A stretch of 64,000 nt of DNA from a virus, in IMG/VR virus record IMGVR_UViG_3300032240_002045, positions 1 to 64,000 of that record. One strand, 5' to 3'. This document shows, one piece after another, positions 53,282 through 63,464 of the stretch (position 1 is its first letter; every line of letters begins with the position of its first letter). The notes beneath the pieces were generated by a model, which had not been told where the DNA came from, made no database searches, and worked only from the letters and a program-made list of their open reading frames with translations. Position numbers and translations under genes: made by a program.

Positions 53282-55858
53282 CTACGTTTTTGGTTGAGCT
53301 AGGTAAATTGCTACAGTGCTACCAAGGTTTAATTGATTTTTAAGTGCGTAGTCCCCAAGTCGTGTTTGAACAGCAAAACGATTTTTATAAAAATGGCTTC
53401 TAGCAGCATTTGTTGCTCCACCTTCCCATAACAAATCATTTGATGTTCCAGGGCCACTACTGCCATCAAAAAACGAAGAAAGAGCGGATGCATTTTCAAA
53501 TAGTGCCGAGTCAAGCCACATAATGTGTGTGCTCACAGCTACCCAATTAACTCCAACAACAGCTGAATAAGCATTTGATGGTGCTGTGCTAGTTACATAC
53601 GCTCTATCCCAAACAGTTTCAAAAGAGGTTACATTGGTAGTTGATCCTGTAGTAGTGCTAATTAGTGTGTTGGTATTGTCGTACCAAGATATATATGGGG
53701 TAACTAATTCGTCTCCAGTTACATATTCATATTTTTGTAAATAAACACTAAATGTGTAATTTGTATTTGGGTAATAAATTGGCATTAATTGAGATGTTGT
53801 TGATCCGTCCCACGATTTAACGTTTACTGTTCCATCAGCCGTTGCTACTAATTTAAGTGAATTTCCCGAAGTCCAAGATGTTCCAGTAGTGGCCACTCTT
53901 GTTATATTTGTGTTAGTTACAGCAAATTCAATATATGATTTTTGCAAATTTGCTGTATCAACCCCTACTGCTGTAATAGTACGAAGTCCGTCAAAAGGCG
54001 CACCCACACCATAAACATAAACTACGCTGCCAACTCGATAATTATTGCTATAGGTTGTCTCTAATCTTGCAACATTTGAAGTAAGGCTTTTAAAAGCAAT
54101 TGCCCATACTTCCGCACCAGGTTCTGCCGAGTTAGGATCAATTGTTTTTGTTGTTGCGCTTCCCGATACGGACCAAGGAGTTACAACAGGTGAAGAGTTA
54201 GTTCCACTAATTAAAGCAAAATGTGGGTTAGTCAATTCATTAATTCTTGTAGCTCGAAGAGTCATGTGTATTTGTCTAGCTTCATCAAATGACGTTACTG
54301 ATGCCGCTTGTTCAAATTGCGCACAATCAAAATAATGATATTCATTAGAAGAAGACGCTGCGGCAGATGCAATAGTTATAAGTGGTGCGGCGTAATATGC
54401 CGTAGAGGGAGCTGTTGCTGTAATTGTCGGTCTAGCGGAAAATGCCCCGACCGCGTTATTAACTGCGCTGCCTGTACTTGTGGAAATAAATTCTCCAAGT
54501 CGGTCGTACCAATTTATTTTAAGAGTGATAGCTCTTAAAGTAGTTCCAGCTGCGGAGTAGACACTAAATACATAGCTCAAACCCCCGGTAACGGGTATTC
54601 CTTTAAGAACAGGAGATGAGACACCGCAAGAGATAGTTACGGTACCTGCGGATGCTGTGGCATTTTTTACAGCTAAAATTCCAAGTTGTTTATTTGGGTA
54701 TTGAGTTAAAGCTGTGGATTCAGCCCAAGGGGTTGGGTACGGAACAAGATTTGGGTACGCATCAGTAGCTACGTTAAAACAATTAAACGAGGCGATATCA
54801 CTTGCAGTTAACGCCCAAGATATTGAAGTAGATGTGACAGCTGTAATTGTTTTTGGCGTTCCTACGGTGTTAAACAGCGGTTGAGCAAACCCGTCTGTGT
54901 TTATTTTATTTCCTACGGCGTAGTTGTGAGCTCCGATAACAGCTGTAACAACGTTACTAGTTAAAGATATGCTGGTAATTAAATCTTTAGTTAAAGCTTT
55001 AAACAACCCAGTTCCGTCTACAGATAACCAATGACCAGAGCTTTCTTCAAAAGATGAATCGTTATAATCAAGCATTAAATTATTGCTTTTTACAATGCCG
55101 TCTACACTTGGGTTTGGTGTACCAGATACAGGTTGTGGAACCGCGTAGCCTGTAAATGCTTTCATAAACTCTCTAAGCCCTTTTGAGCTTCCCTTTTTTT
55201 GACCAATTAATACCGCATCACGAACCAAAATACGAGTTTGTTGATAACCAATTTCAGGTTCATAGGTAAGACCAAATTCTTGCAAAAGGGATGGCAAAAG
55301 TGACCCATTAACTCGTTCAATGTCGTAACGGTTAATTAATAAAGATGTAATTGTTTGAGCATAGTCCAATTCAAAACCAAATAAGTTTAAAAATGAACGC
55401 AAATCATCGTTATCCCAATCAGAGGTTGCGGTATAAGCTTGTGTAATTTTATAAATTTCAGGAAGATATTTATATAAGTTATCCCCATTGTTATAATTTT
55501 TTACAGATACGCCTGTAACATCACCGGCGCGTACCCACGCATAAGTTAAAGTATTATAAACAAACATAGAATAATAGAAGAAAGCTTCTTGACGTAAAGT
55601 TTGATCGTTATAATACGTATTTGTTAAAGCTTCTTTTGGAGAATTAACAAGAATATCTCCATCCCAAGCATTTACGGGATAACCGTAGCTATTTCTTACA
55701 ATACGAATATTTGACCATTTACCAGAAGGCGTTGTCCATTTAAGCTGAATGTACCCATGGTCGCGGGATTGAGCAGTAAAAGATCCGGCTAAATAGCTAA
55801 CGGATGCAGAAGATCCATAGCTACTTAAACCGTAATAATCAATACCGTAACGTGACAT
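53282..55858 (-). CDS. Baseplate wedge/tail protein (P2 gpI-like) with carbohydrate-binding-like modules
   Basis: LYKYLPEIY...L..FL..FG...D, KG...G; DSSFE....W; follows baseplate J. Confidence 0.75.
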   Translation of the reverse strand: MSRYGIDYYGLSSYGSSASVSYLAGSFTAQSRDHGYIQLKWTTPSGKWSNIRIVRNSYGYPVNAWDGDILVNSPKEALTNTYYNDQTLRQEAFFYYSMFVYNTLTYAWVRAGDVTGVSVKNYNNGDNLYKYLPEIYKITQAYTATSDWDNDDLRSFLNLFGFELDYAQTITSLLINRYDIERVNGSLLPSLLQEFGLTYEPEIGYQQTRILVRDAVLIGQKKGSSKGLREFMKAFTGYAVPQPVSGTPNPSVDGIVKSNNLMLDYNDSSFEESSGHWLSVDGTGLFKALTKDLITSISLTSNVVTAVIGAHNYAVGNKINTDGFAQPLFNTVGTPKTITAVTSTSISWALTASDIASFNCFNVATDAYPNLVPYPTPWAESTALTQYPNKQLGILAVKNATASAGTVTISCGVSSPVLKGIPVTGGLSYVFSVYSAAGTTLRAITLKINWYDRLGEFISTSTGSAVNNAVGAFSARPTITATAPSTAYYAAPLITIASAAASSSNEYHYFDCAQFEQAASVTSFDEARQIHMTLRATRINELTNPHFALISGTNSSPVVTPWSVSGSATTKTIDPNSAEPGAEVWAIAFKSLTSNVARLETTYSNNYRVGSVVYVYGVGAPFDGLRTITAVGVDTANLQKSYIEFAVTNTNITRVATTGTSWTSGNSLKLVATADGTVNVKSWDGSTTSQLMPIYYPNTNYTFSVYLQKYEYVTGDELVTPYISWYDNTNTLISTTTGSTTNVTSFETVWDRAYVTSTAPSNAYSAVVGVNWVAVSTHIMWLDSALFENASALSSFFDGSSGPGTSNDLLWEGGATNAARSHFYKNRFAVQTRLGDYALKNQLNLGSTVAIYLAQPKT

Positions 55859-57573
55859 TAGCTTAAGATACCCCCAGTAAGAGTTAAGCCTATGTTGGTT
55901 GCGTAATCAGTTTTTGGGATTTCATTAACGTTACAAACAATATCCCCAACTGTTAATGCCGTAACGCCGTTTGCAATGCTTACTACGGTTGTTGAAACAT
56001 TTCCCGCAATACAAGCATATGAAAAAGTAGTTCCTGTAACAACCGTAACAACGTACGTTCCGTCAAAAGTGCTATCCACTCCAGTAACTTTAATGGTTGT
56101 TCCAACGGTTAAAGTGTGAGTAACACTTGTAGTTAAAGTTGCCACATTTGAGGTAAGAATTTTATTTGTAATATTGTAAGTTTTATCTTGGTCTGATCGA
56201 ACAAGTTTTGTAATTGCAACTCTAGAGACCCCGTCTATAGAAGCTATTGTTGTCATAACATCTTGCAAAGTAATTCTGTCGCCAAAGGCAACGTTTTCAA
56301 ATGCAAGTAACTCTGTCAAAATTGCGTTTATATCTGTTTGAACAAGAGATTGTCGGTATTGAGGTAGCACAGTGATTGATGCGTTAATAAGAACTGTTAC
56401 ATAAGAAGGTGGTTGAAATGTTATGGTCGTATTTGCTGGAATTTTGTCTGTCATATACGACGATACTGTTGTTTTAAGAGAATTAAAGATTGTGGAGGGT
56501 GTTACGCCATCTACTTGAACTCCCGAATCTCCGTAAGGAGCAAAAAATACAGTTACACTTGTGTATACATCTGCAATAGCTGTTGCTTTAGCAACTCCAG
56601 ATACTTGTACAACAAGGGACGCATAGTCTGATAAAGCTACGGCTCGGTTTAAAGTTTTAATACTTGCGGGCGCTGATACGCGAATTGAATCAGTGCTTTC
56701 CTGATCAGCTCCTCCGCTAGCAGATCCCGGAATTGATGAAGAAATGTATTTATTAAGAACTGTTAACCCTGTTGCGGAAAAGTTAGTAATGTACTTAATA
56801 GTGTTAACCGCAACATTTCCGGCAGCTCCTCCACCAATTCTATAGGTGGCTGTAATTTGAGCCGTATTTGGCGGAATACGTCCGCTAATACCGTCACCAA
56901 ACACAATGTAAGTAACACCATTACCGTTTGTGTATGTAGAAAATACTGGGTCATAGCCATTGTAATCAATAAGATACGGAACTTGGGTGTAGTTAGTGCC
57001 GCCCACTACAACTGAAATGCTTCCGTTAATAACGGAAGATTGGTTTAATTCAAAAGATTGATTTACTGTTCCGTCTGAGGTACCAATCTGCTCATCTGTA
57101 ATAGTTTGCCCTTGAGTAACCGTAACCGTAGTTGTAGTAGAACCCGCCGGTACAACGACGGCAGCATCGGTTTCAAAGATAATTTGAGTTGTAGAAGCAT
57201 TAGAAACTGCAGAAGTTGCTACTTTTGTAAGTTTAGGGACAGTAACGTTAACAGCGGATGTGTTACTAAATGTAACCGTACAGGTAGCTGCGGTTGGTTC
57301 TGTTGGCTTATACCCTAAAAGTTTTGCTAATTGAAGGACGTTTTCACGTTGGCTAGCTGTAGAGATAAATGCTTCATTTGCAGATTTATCAATATAATAA
57401 TTAAGGATATCTCCCATATAGGCAAACGTTTCAAGGATGGTCATGCCAAAATCTGCGGGATCGCGGTTTGTCCAAAGTGGGGCATAGTATGGAATTAGAT
57501 CAACTAGATCTGCGCGAAGAGATGTGTAATCTCTAGAGGTGTAATCCACCTGTGGGATGTAATTGCTTGCCAT
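55858..57573 (-). CDS. Baseplate J/gp6-like wedge protein
   Basis: DYTSRDY, W....DFG...E..AY.GD, FGDG..G..P, YR.GGG..GN, GGAD.ES, RAV...DY. Confidence 0.92.
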   Translation of the reverse strand: MASNYIPQVDYTSRDYTSLRADLVDLIPYYAPLWTNRDPADFGMTILETFAYMGDILNYYIDKSANEAFISTASQRENVLQLAKLLGYKPTEPTAATCTVTFSNTSAVNVTVPKLTKVATSAVSNASTTQIIFETDAAVVVPAGSTTTTVTVTQGQTITDEQIGTSDGTVNQSFELNQSSVINGSISVVVGGTNYTQVPYLIDYNGYDPVFSTYTNGNGVTYIVFGDGISGRIPPNTAQITATYRIGGGAAGNVAVNTIKYITNFSATGLTVLNKYISSSIPGSASGGADQESTDSIRVSAPASIKTLNRAVALSDYASLVVQVSGVAKATAIADVYTSVTVFFAPYGDSGVQVDGVTPSTIFNSLKTTVSSYMTDKIPANTTITFQPPSYVTVLINASITVLPQYRQSLVQTDINAILTELLAFENVAFGDRITLQDVMTTIASIDGVSRVAITKLVRSDQDKTYNITNKILTSNVATLTTSVTHTLTVGTTIKVTGVDSTFDGTYVVTVVTGTTFSYACIAGNVSTTVVSIANGVTALTVGDIVCNVNEIPKTDYATNIGLTLTGGILS

Positions 57574-57998
57574 TAGTTGCTTACCTCCAAGATAACATCC
57601 CCTGATCGGCTAAGAATAGCCGTTTTAATTTGAACGCTTTGTTCATTTCTTTCTTTTTCGTACTTATATTGTACGGTAGCAATTACGTATCCGTCTGCTG
57701 GGTCTGTAGTAACGGTAACTTTTGTTAAAGTTAGGGGTTTTAACCATTGAGCAAACCCCGCTGCAACAGCTTGTTGAATAGATGATTCAGCCGTGGTTTC
57801 AGGTTCAAAAGCCGAGTTGCCGGCGGTGCTGCCAAAGGTAGGGCGCATTACGCGTTCACTCAACCTAGTCATAACTACCAAAACCACACGGTCTTGCCAA
57901 ATCTTTTTTTCATCAGTTGTATAAGACACCGCCCCCGATGAATCAAAAGAAAACGGCAAAGAGATAGCTCTTTCTGTCATGATAATACCCCCATCCAT
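57573..57998 (-). CDS. gp25/GPW-like baseplate protein
   Basis: ISLPF, T...ERVMRPTFG. Confidence 0.88.
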   Translation of the reverse strand: MDGGIIMTERAISLPFSFDSSGAVSYTTDEKKIWQDRVVLVVMTRLSERVMRPTFGSTAGNSAFEPETTAESSIQQAVAAGFAQWLKPLTLTKVTVTTDPADGYVIATVQYKYEKERNEQSVQIKTAILSRSGDVILEVSN

Positions 57999-58513
57999 AC
58001 CGGAAAGTTAGGATCTCCGGCTATAAACATAACCCAAACTTTTTGATCTAAAGTTGGAACTCCGCGATGAGCTGTGTGCTCTTTTGCATCTGTTGAATCA
58101 TTAAAAGCAGTACCTGAAGATTCATTCCATTTTTTGGCTGTATCTGCGGCGGTTTCGTGTTTATGGTCAAGATAATATGTTGAGTCTGGGGAGTTGCCTA
58201 CATGGTTATTTGTATGAGCTAGATTTAACGTAATGCCATGAGTGTGCGCCGGACTTCCGCCACTTGCGGTTGTAACAGAGTCTGAGTGGTTAGCGTGAGC
58301 TTGGAGTAGGGCAGCCACCTCAGATGCTAAATGTTTTTTATGATTAGGGTGATCAGCATTAAAAACCACAGGTAAACATGGGTCTGCCCATTCAGTAGGG
58401 TTACTCCCAAGAACTTGTGGAACGATAAGTTTAATACGTTGTTTATTATCTGGGTCCGCGTTGTCTACGCATATCCCTAAATAAATTCCATAAAAACGTT
58501 TATCAAAAGTCAT
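57977..58513 (-). CDS. Baseplate spike (gpV/gp5 OB-fold) with His-rich insertion
   Basis: G.Y.G..VDN.DP....RI...VP.V...WA.PC ... P.....VWV.F..GDP..PVW.G. Confidence 0.8.
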   Translation of the reverse strand: MTFDKRFYGIYLGICVDNADPDNKQRIKLIVPQVLGSNPTEWADPCLPVVFNADHPNHKKHLASEVAALLQAHANHSDSVTTASGGSPAHTHGITLNLAHTNNHVGNSPDSTYYLDHKHETAADTAKKWNESSGTAFNDSTDAKEHTAHRGVPTLDQKVWVMFIAGDPNFPVWMGVLS

Positions 58514-58515
58514 GA

Positions 58516-59853
58516 TTATGCCCCTTTCTTCAATACACGTTTAGTAATAATAGGGGATTTTTTGGTTTGAGGGATTATGTTATTAAGAGTTCGAGTTGTG
58601 CTTTTCCAAACAGGATTTGCTTGATCGCGTTTAGCCGCTGGCAACTGTTTACGGTTAGAAGATCCACCAAATGTGCCTTTACTTTGTGGGGTTGGAAAAG
58701 TAGCTGGTTTACTCAAACCTGTTTGGGGCACCACTTTTGTCTGTTTTACATTAGGAATGATTGTTCGTTTTTGCAAATAATCCGGTGAGGTAATAACCTT
58801 GTTATCTGCCCAAGAGCCGGCAATACCCAAAGAATCAGCTCCAACGGTAATAACTGTTGTATAAAGTTGTTGGTTAAGCTGCTGCTCAATAATCTTATGC
58901 TCAGTGCTAAGAACTGTCCAATACCCAGAATAAGTCGTACCGAGCCCATCTAAAAAGATTGGTAGATCTGGGCGTAGGTCTGGATTTCCCAAAACTTCAA
59001 CATAAGCACGGTATGGAAAAGTATTTCTATTCTCTGCAGCATCGGCCTCATATTGCGCGGTTTCAACGTCTTGAGCAACAATACTTGCGTCAAAATGATC
59101 AAAAATTTCAGGCTCTTGTTTACGTCTTGTTTTTGGGTTTTTAATTTGTTTTGTTATTGCCAACCTAGAGTTTGTAGTCTTATCTACACCACTAACCGCC
59201 ACCGCAGATTTTTGAGCATCTTGAAACGCCAAAGTTTCACCAATTAATGGTTTAAAAGAATAAATAGTTGACCCTTGTGGATCTGTAACCGCACGCATAA
59301 TAAATTTAGGGGCATTTTGTCGAAGATTTGTAAAATCTTCTAGCATTGGTTGAAAATAAAGTTCAGTATTTTCCGCTCGTAAAGTGTAACCAGATTGTTT
59401 TGCTAAACGAACCATAAATTCCCAATCAGTGTGGCCCGCTTGAGAAATTTGCGGGTAGACACGAGGGTGCGGTGTTGGATCGCAAACAAATGAATGTTTT
59501 GTAGCAATTTCTTTAATAACCCTGTCAGCAGTGGTATTGCTATATATTCTTTGAGAAGGCTGCCCCATAAGATAAGACGCACCAATAATTACAAGTTCTG
59601 TAAAGTTTTTTCCAGGCGTTTGGTCTGTTCGTATATGGTGAACATAGCCATAAAAGTTTCTTTTTGTGGTTGTTCCAGTAATTACAAGTTTTACAGCTGT
59701 TTTTGGTTTTATAACATCATAATCAACCCCCCAATCCCTAAATTTAACAATAGCAATTTCATGTTCAAATCGACTTTGTTTAAGGGTGGCAGAATAAACA
59801 TAATGGGGAGTTAAGTTAGTTCCAGGAAATTCTACTTGGATATGATTAAACAT
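58516..59853 (-). CDS. Baseplate hub / late control D-like protein
   Basis: F.GYV, Q.G.TDWEF..RLA...G, G.P..RP...I...G.G..YSG.W.V....H. Confidence 0.85.
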   Translation of the reverse strand: MFNHIQVEFPGTNLTPHYVYSATLKQSRFEHEIAIVKFRDWGVDYDVIKPKTAVKLVITGTTTKRNFYGYVHHIRTDQTPGKNFTELVIIGASYLMGQPSQRIYSNTTADRVIKEIATKHSFVCDPTPHPRVYPQISQAGHTDWEFMVRLAKQSGYTLRAENTELYFQPMLEDFTNLRQNAPKFIMRAVTDPQGSTIYSFKPLIGETLAFQDAQKSAVAVSGVDKTTNSRLAITKQIKNPKTRRKQEPEIFDHFDASIVAQDVETAQYEADAAENRNTFPYRAYVEVLGNPDLRPDLPIFLDGLGTTYSGYWTVLSTEHKIIEQQLNQQLYTTVITVGADSLGIAGSWADNKVITSPDYLQKRTIIPNVKQTKVVPQTGLSKPATFPTPQSKGTFGGSSNRKQLPAAKRDQANPVWKSTTRTLNNIIPQTKKSPIITKRVLKKGA

Positions 59854-60127
59854 TTGGAATTCTCAACACAGTTCCAGGTGTAATATCTGTTAAGTTTGTA
59901 ATTGTAGGATTGTATTCTGGAATAATCCACCAATATCCCGGACGTTTGTAGTATTTATAGGCAATTTGATCTAAACGTTCCCCTTGTACATAAACGTGTT
60001 CCCAATACTCAACAAGGCCAAGTTGTGAAAATTCATAAAAAACAACAACATTGTCATCTTTTGTTATTTTTGTTGAAAAGTAGTCAACTGTTGAATATTC
60101 GTATCTGGAACCTTTATAAATAGCCAT
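59846..60127 (-). CDS. LysM/tail X-like baseplate protein
   Basis: GERLDQIAYKYY.....WW.I...NP......I.PGT.LRIP. Confidence 0.85.
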   Translation of the reverse strand: MAIYKGSRYEYSTVDYFSTKITKDDNVVVFYEFSQLGLVEYWEHVYVQGERLDQIAYKYYKRPGYWWIIPEYNPTITNLTDITPGTVLRIPNV

Positions 60128-61203
60128 TATGCACCTGCTGAAATTCCTGAGCCTGAGAAGCACTCGATTGAGAAAGATACAGTAGTACGAAGTGGAATCA
60201 TTGTTTCCGTAAATGCGGTATGGTTAATTGATATATTTGAAATCCATCCCACGTAAGATAAATTGTTTTGGGCATCTGGACCCAATGAAAAAGCCAACAA
60301 AGTTGGCGATAAATAACCAACATTTGATGTTTTTTTCTGTAAAAGAGTTGTCCACTCACCTGTAGCGGTTCCAGCACCGTTAATAGCTTTAAACAAATAT
60401 TCTATATCTGCCATTGTGCCTTGTTCTAACAGTTTATTAATTTGTTCATTAAAATTGTATTTTGCTAAAGGATAACCGCTTGCATAATAAGTAGAATCAT
60501 AAATATTTGAAGCTTTTGCATAAGCAAAATCATTTGTTCTATCAAGCATAATACTTAAAGATACTGACTCTTGACCCGGAAATACTCCAGACACAACGCG
60601 CAAAGTATCAGCGTTAGAAGGCGTAATATCCATATTACGTTGTACGTTTGTGCTAATGCTCTCAGGGTTCCAAAGGAATTGAAAACCATAATTGTGGTCA
60701 ATTTGTACGCGCTTAGGTCCGGTTGTTGTGCCCGTTCCACCGCTTCTTGTTGCGTCTCCACTAGTGGTATCAACAGTGCTTACGTCTCCAGCGCCCGCAA
60801 AATACCAAATACGCCCGCGACGAAGTCCATGAAAATTTGAAGAAAACGTTTTGCCAACAACTTCTCGATCAACTATTCCGGGTCTAAGGGGTAGGCTCCA
60901 AGTATGAGGGGGAAGATTAAATTGATAACCTTCAGGTGTTATTTTACCCGTAAAAGGTTCAGCAACAGTATCCGATGAAGTAGGTTTAGCGGCAGCCAAC
61001 TTTGCTAAAGCCAAACGACGTTCCATTGCAGCATCTGATAGATAGACCGCAGAAATCGTTCCAGTACCTGTTGCCGCTGTTACAGCGTGTACATCAGTAT
61101 TTTGATCAAGGCGATTTACGCCAACAGCCGTAGCTGCGTCTGTATTTGTAGCCGAAATGGCGGAAGCGTACCCACCGTCAATTAACAATCTAGAAATAAT
61201 CAT
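60127..61203 (-). CDS. Tail tube initiator-like protein
   Basis: FQFLWNP.SI, LDRTND, GT..D.EYL..AING, H..F...M.P. Confidence 0.7.
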   Translation of the reverse strand: MIISRLLIDGGYASAISATNTDAATAVGVNRLDQNTDVHAVTAATGTGTISAVYLSDAAMERRLALAKLAAAKPTSSDTVAEPFTGKITPEGYQFNLPPHTWSLPLRPGIVDREVVGKTFSSNFHGLRRGRIWYFAGAGDVSTVDTTSGDATRSGGTGTTTGPKRVQIDHNYGFQFLWNPESISTNVQRNMDITPSNADTLRVVSGVFPGQESVSLSIMLDRTNDFAYAKASNIYDSTYYASGYPLAKYNFNEQINKLLEQGTMADIEYLFKAINGAGTATGEWTTLLQKKTSNVGYLSPTLLAFSLGPDAQNNLSYVGWISNISINHTAFTETMIPLRTTVSFSIECFSGSGISAGA

Positions 61204-63302
61204 TTAGTGGCCGCTCCCTTAATTAGTTCTTCGCTTTCCAATAAACGTTTAAATTCATCAAAAAGTTGTTGAGCATTTTTACCATCCGCGTTAATTTGAA
61301 GAGTAACTCCGCCAAGGTTATAAACTTTTCCATTATCACCAGTTGCTTTAAAACCAGCTAAACCTTTGTAGCCTGAGTTAGTTCCGCCATTTCCACCATC
61401 CCAGCTTGAAGAAAGGATTGCAGCAATAGCCGTTGTTTCATCGCCAGATTTTAAAGCGGCAATAATATTATCGTAACCTCTTGAAGCGCTGTCTTTTCCA
61501 GTTAAAGTTTTTGCGGTTGCAGATACTCCAGCTTCCCAACTTCCATAAGCTTTAACACCTGAATCAAGTTGACCTACAGCGCCCTCATCTAATTTTGTAT
61601 TAAGTGGGTTATATGCTGCACTGTTTTTCCAGTGACCGCCTTCTTTTTGTTCCCACATAACAAGTGCATCAATTGCACCTTTAGTTGGTTTAATATTTAA
61701 TTGTGTAAGAAGGGCAGAAGCAAACGCTTTTTGTCCCTTAGAAGAGTCTTTGTTACTGATGGTCATGTTACCGGCGCGAGGACCCCGTGGAGTTTGGGCT
61801 TGATACTCATATGATTGATCGGTCGCTGTTCCCTTTGGACCGCCAGCTGTCCCTGAGCCAGTTGACGGTAGAGTTCCGCCACCCACGGCTCCGGTTCCGC
61901 CCATAGGGCCAGTTTCATCAATTCCATATGCCGCAAATAGCCCTGTTCCAGCAAGAATTGCTGCTATCGCGGAATTTATTTTGCCGCCTCCAGCAATCTT
62001 TGATGCAATTACTTTTTCACCTGCTCCGCCAGCTGCTCCTAAAAACGTAACAATTGCCGCATTCATTGAGGTAAGTTTCTTTAACATACCAAGAGAGTTT
62101 TTAGTAATTGCTTCGCTCATATCAGAAATTGCATTAGCTGCTGTTGTGTATCCAGATGCACCAGCATCTTGTACACCCGCTAATTGTTTTGTAGCTGTTG
62201 AAGCGCGTCGACTTGTAGCAAGTACTGCGGTAGTTGTAGCTCCCAGTTCATTTAATTTTTCTTTAGATATAGCTTCTCCACCGGTTTCAGCTTTAAACAA
62301 AAGACCGTTAGCAACCATTTGTTTAGCCATTGGGTCATTTCCAAAATACATTTCAAGCATTGAGTCCATAGAGTTTCCTGGTTGTAAACCGATTTGCATC
62401 TCTTGTTTGCTTGGTTTTTTACCAGAGCCATAGTTAGCTGAGTAATCTCGACAAATTTTTAACCACAAATCTTGAATAATTTGATCAGGCGGTTTCATAT
62501 TGCCTTCAGCGTCGCGGATTTGAATACCGATACCGCGAAGCATATTTACATTTCGACCCTGTTGCATCGAACCGTAAGCTCGCATTGTTCCTTCAAATCC
62601 CTGTCCTGGGATGAGGTTAGATGCGCTTGCAACTCCCATAGCTACGCTATTAGCACCACCAGTTATATTAGGGCCAGATATACCCATGCTCTGTGCGGCA
62701 GCTAGCCCTCTTTGTACATCCATTGAGTTTGTAATTGTTCCTGCGCTAGCAAGACTGCCTACAGTGCCTTTCATGTTGTTGTAGGCTTGATTAGACCCAA
62801 TTTGTTTATTAAAATTGTTAAAGTAGGAAGTACGGGCCATAAGAAGTTGGCTTTCAACAGCTTCTCCTGGAGAGAACATCATTCCACTTGCTATAGACCC
62901 TGCGTATAAAGCTCCAGCCGCGGGGTTGTTTTTAATATAACTAGATAGATTAACGCCACCGCCACCGCCCGAGCCACCATTGCTTGTGTTAACGTTATTA
63001 ACTGGCGGTACGGTTGCAACAATATTTCCGCCCATAGGCTGATACGGAACCATAACTCCGCCAGCACTTTGATAATCCCTACTCCCAGCTGGAGGGGTAA
63101 ATTTAGGGTTGGCAGCTACTTGAGTGCTGCTATAGCCACCGCCGCCTCCGCCGCCTCCGCCGCCTCCGCCAGACATGCGGGAAACGCCAGAGCTTAAGCT
63201 ACTGACCCATCCTGCAGTGTCTTGCTTAAGAAGGTTCATTTGCTGGCGTACGTCAGAAAGGCCGTTCTTTATATCAACAATGACATTTTTTGGATCTGCC
63301 AT
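61200..63302 (-). CDS. Tape measure protein with C-terminal lysozyme-like domain
   Basis: Position between chaperone and baseplate; W...EGG......YNPLNT...Y.SWE.G..AT. Confidence 0.8.
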   Translation of the reverse strand: MADPKNVIVDIKNGLSDVRQQMNLLKQDTAGWVSSLSSGVSRMSGGGGGGGGGGGGYSSTQVAANPKFTPPAGSRDYQSAGGVMVPYQPMGGNIVATVPPVNNVNTSNGGSGGGGGVNLSSYIKNNPAAGALYAGSIASGMMFSPGEAVESQLLMARTSYFNNFNKQIGSNQAYNNMKGTVGSLASAGTITNSMDVQRGLAAAQSMGISGPNITGGANSVAMGVASASNLIPGQGFEGTMRAYGSMQQGRNVNMLRGIGIQIRDAEGNMKPPDQIIQDLWLKICRDYSANYGSGKKPSKQEMQIGLQPGNSMDSMLEMYFGNDPMAKQMVANGLLFKAETGGEAISKEKLNELGATTTAVLATSRRASTATKQLAGVQDAGASGYTTAANAISDMSEAITKNSLGMLKKLTSMNAAIVTFLGAAGGAGEKVIASKIAGGGKINSAIAAILAGTGLFAAYGIDETGPMGGTGAVGGGTLPSTGSGTAGGPKGTATDQSYEYQAQTPRGPRAGNMTISNKDSSKGQKAFASALLTQLNIKPTKGAIDALVMWEQKEGGHWKNSAAYNPLNTKLDEGAVGQLDSGVKAYGSWEAGVSATAKTLTGKDSASRGYDNIIAALKSGDETTAIAAILSSSWDGGNGGTNSGYKGLAGFKATGDNGKVYNLGGVTLQINADGKNAQQLFDEFKRLLESEELIKGAATK

Positions 63303-63305
63303 GTG

Positions 63306-63464
63306 TTACTTCCTTCCTGAGTGCCGTTGAGACCTAGATATCCAGTTAGAACGTTCTCTAACTGACAAACCGCGAATTTCCGTTAATGTCCATCCTGTAA
63401 ACATCCTAGTAAGTAACTCGTACTCATTAAGAAGTTCGTCGTAATCTGTTGCGCTATAGTCGAA
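63306..63464 (-). CDS. Tail assembly chaperone C-terminal extension (reached by frameshift)
   Basis: +1 frame FDYSATDYDELLNEYELLTRMFTGWTLTEIRGLSVRERSNWI..., no start codon at its 5' end. Confidence 0.7.
   Translation of the reverse strand, partial: FDYSATDYDELLNEYELLTRMFTGWTLTEIRGLSVRERSNWISRSQRHSGRK

Noticed and set aside
63139-63171. CCGCCGCCT repeats in the tape measure gene
   Set aside because: Simply encode a poly-Gly linker
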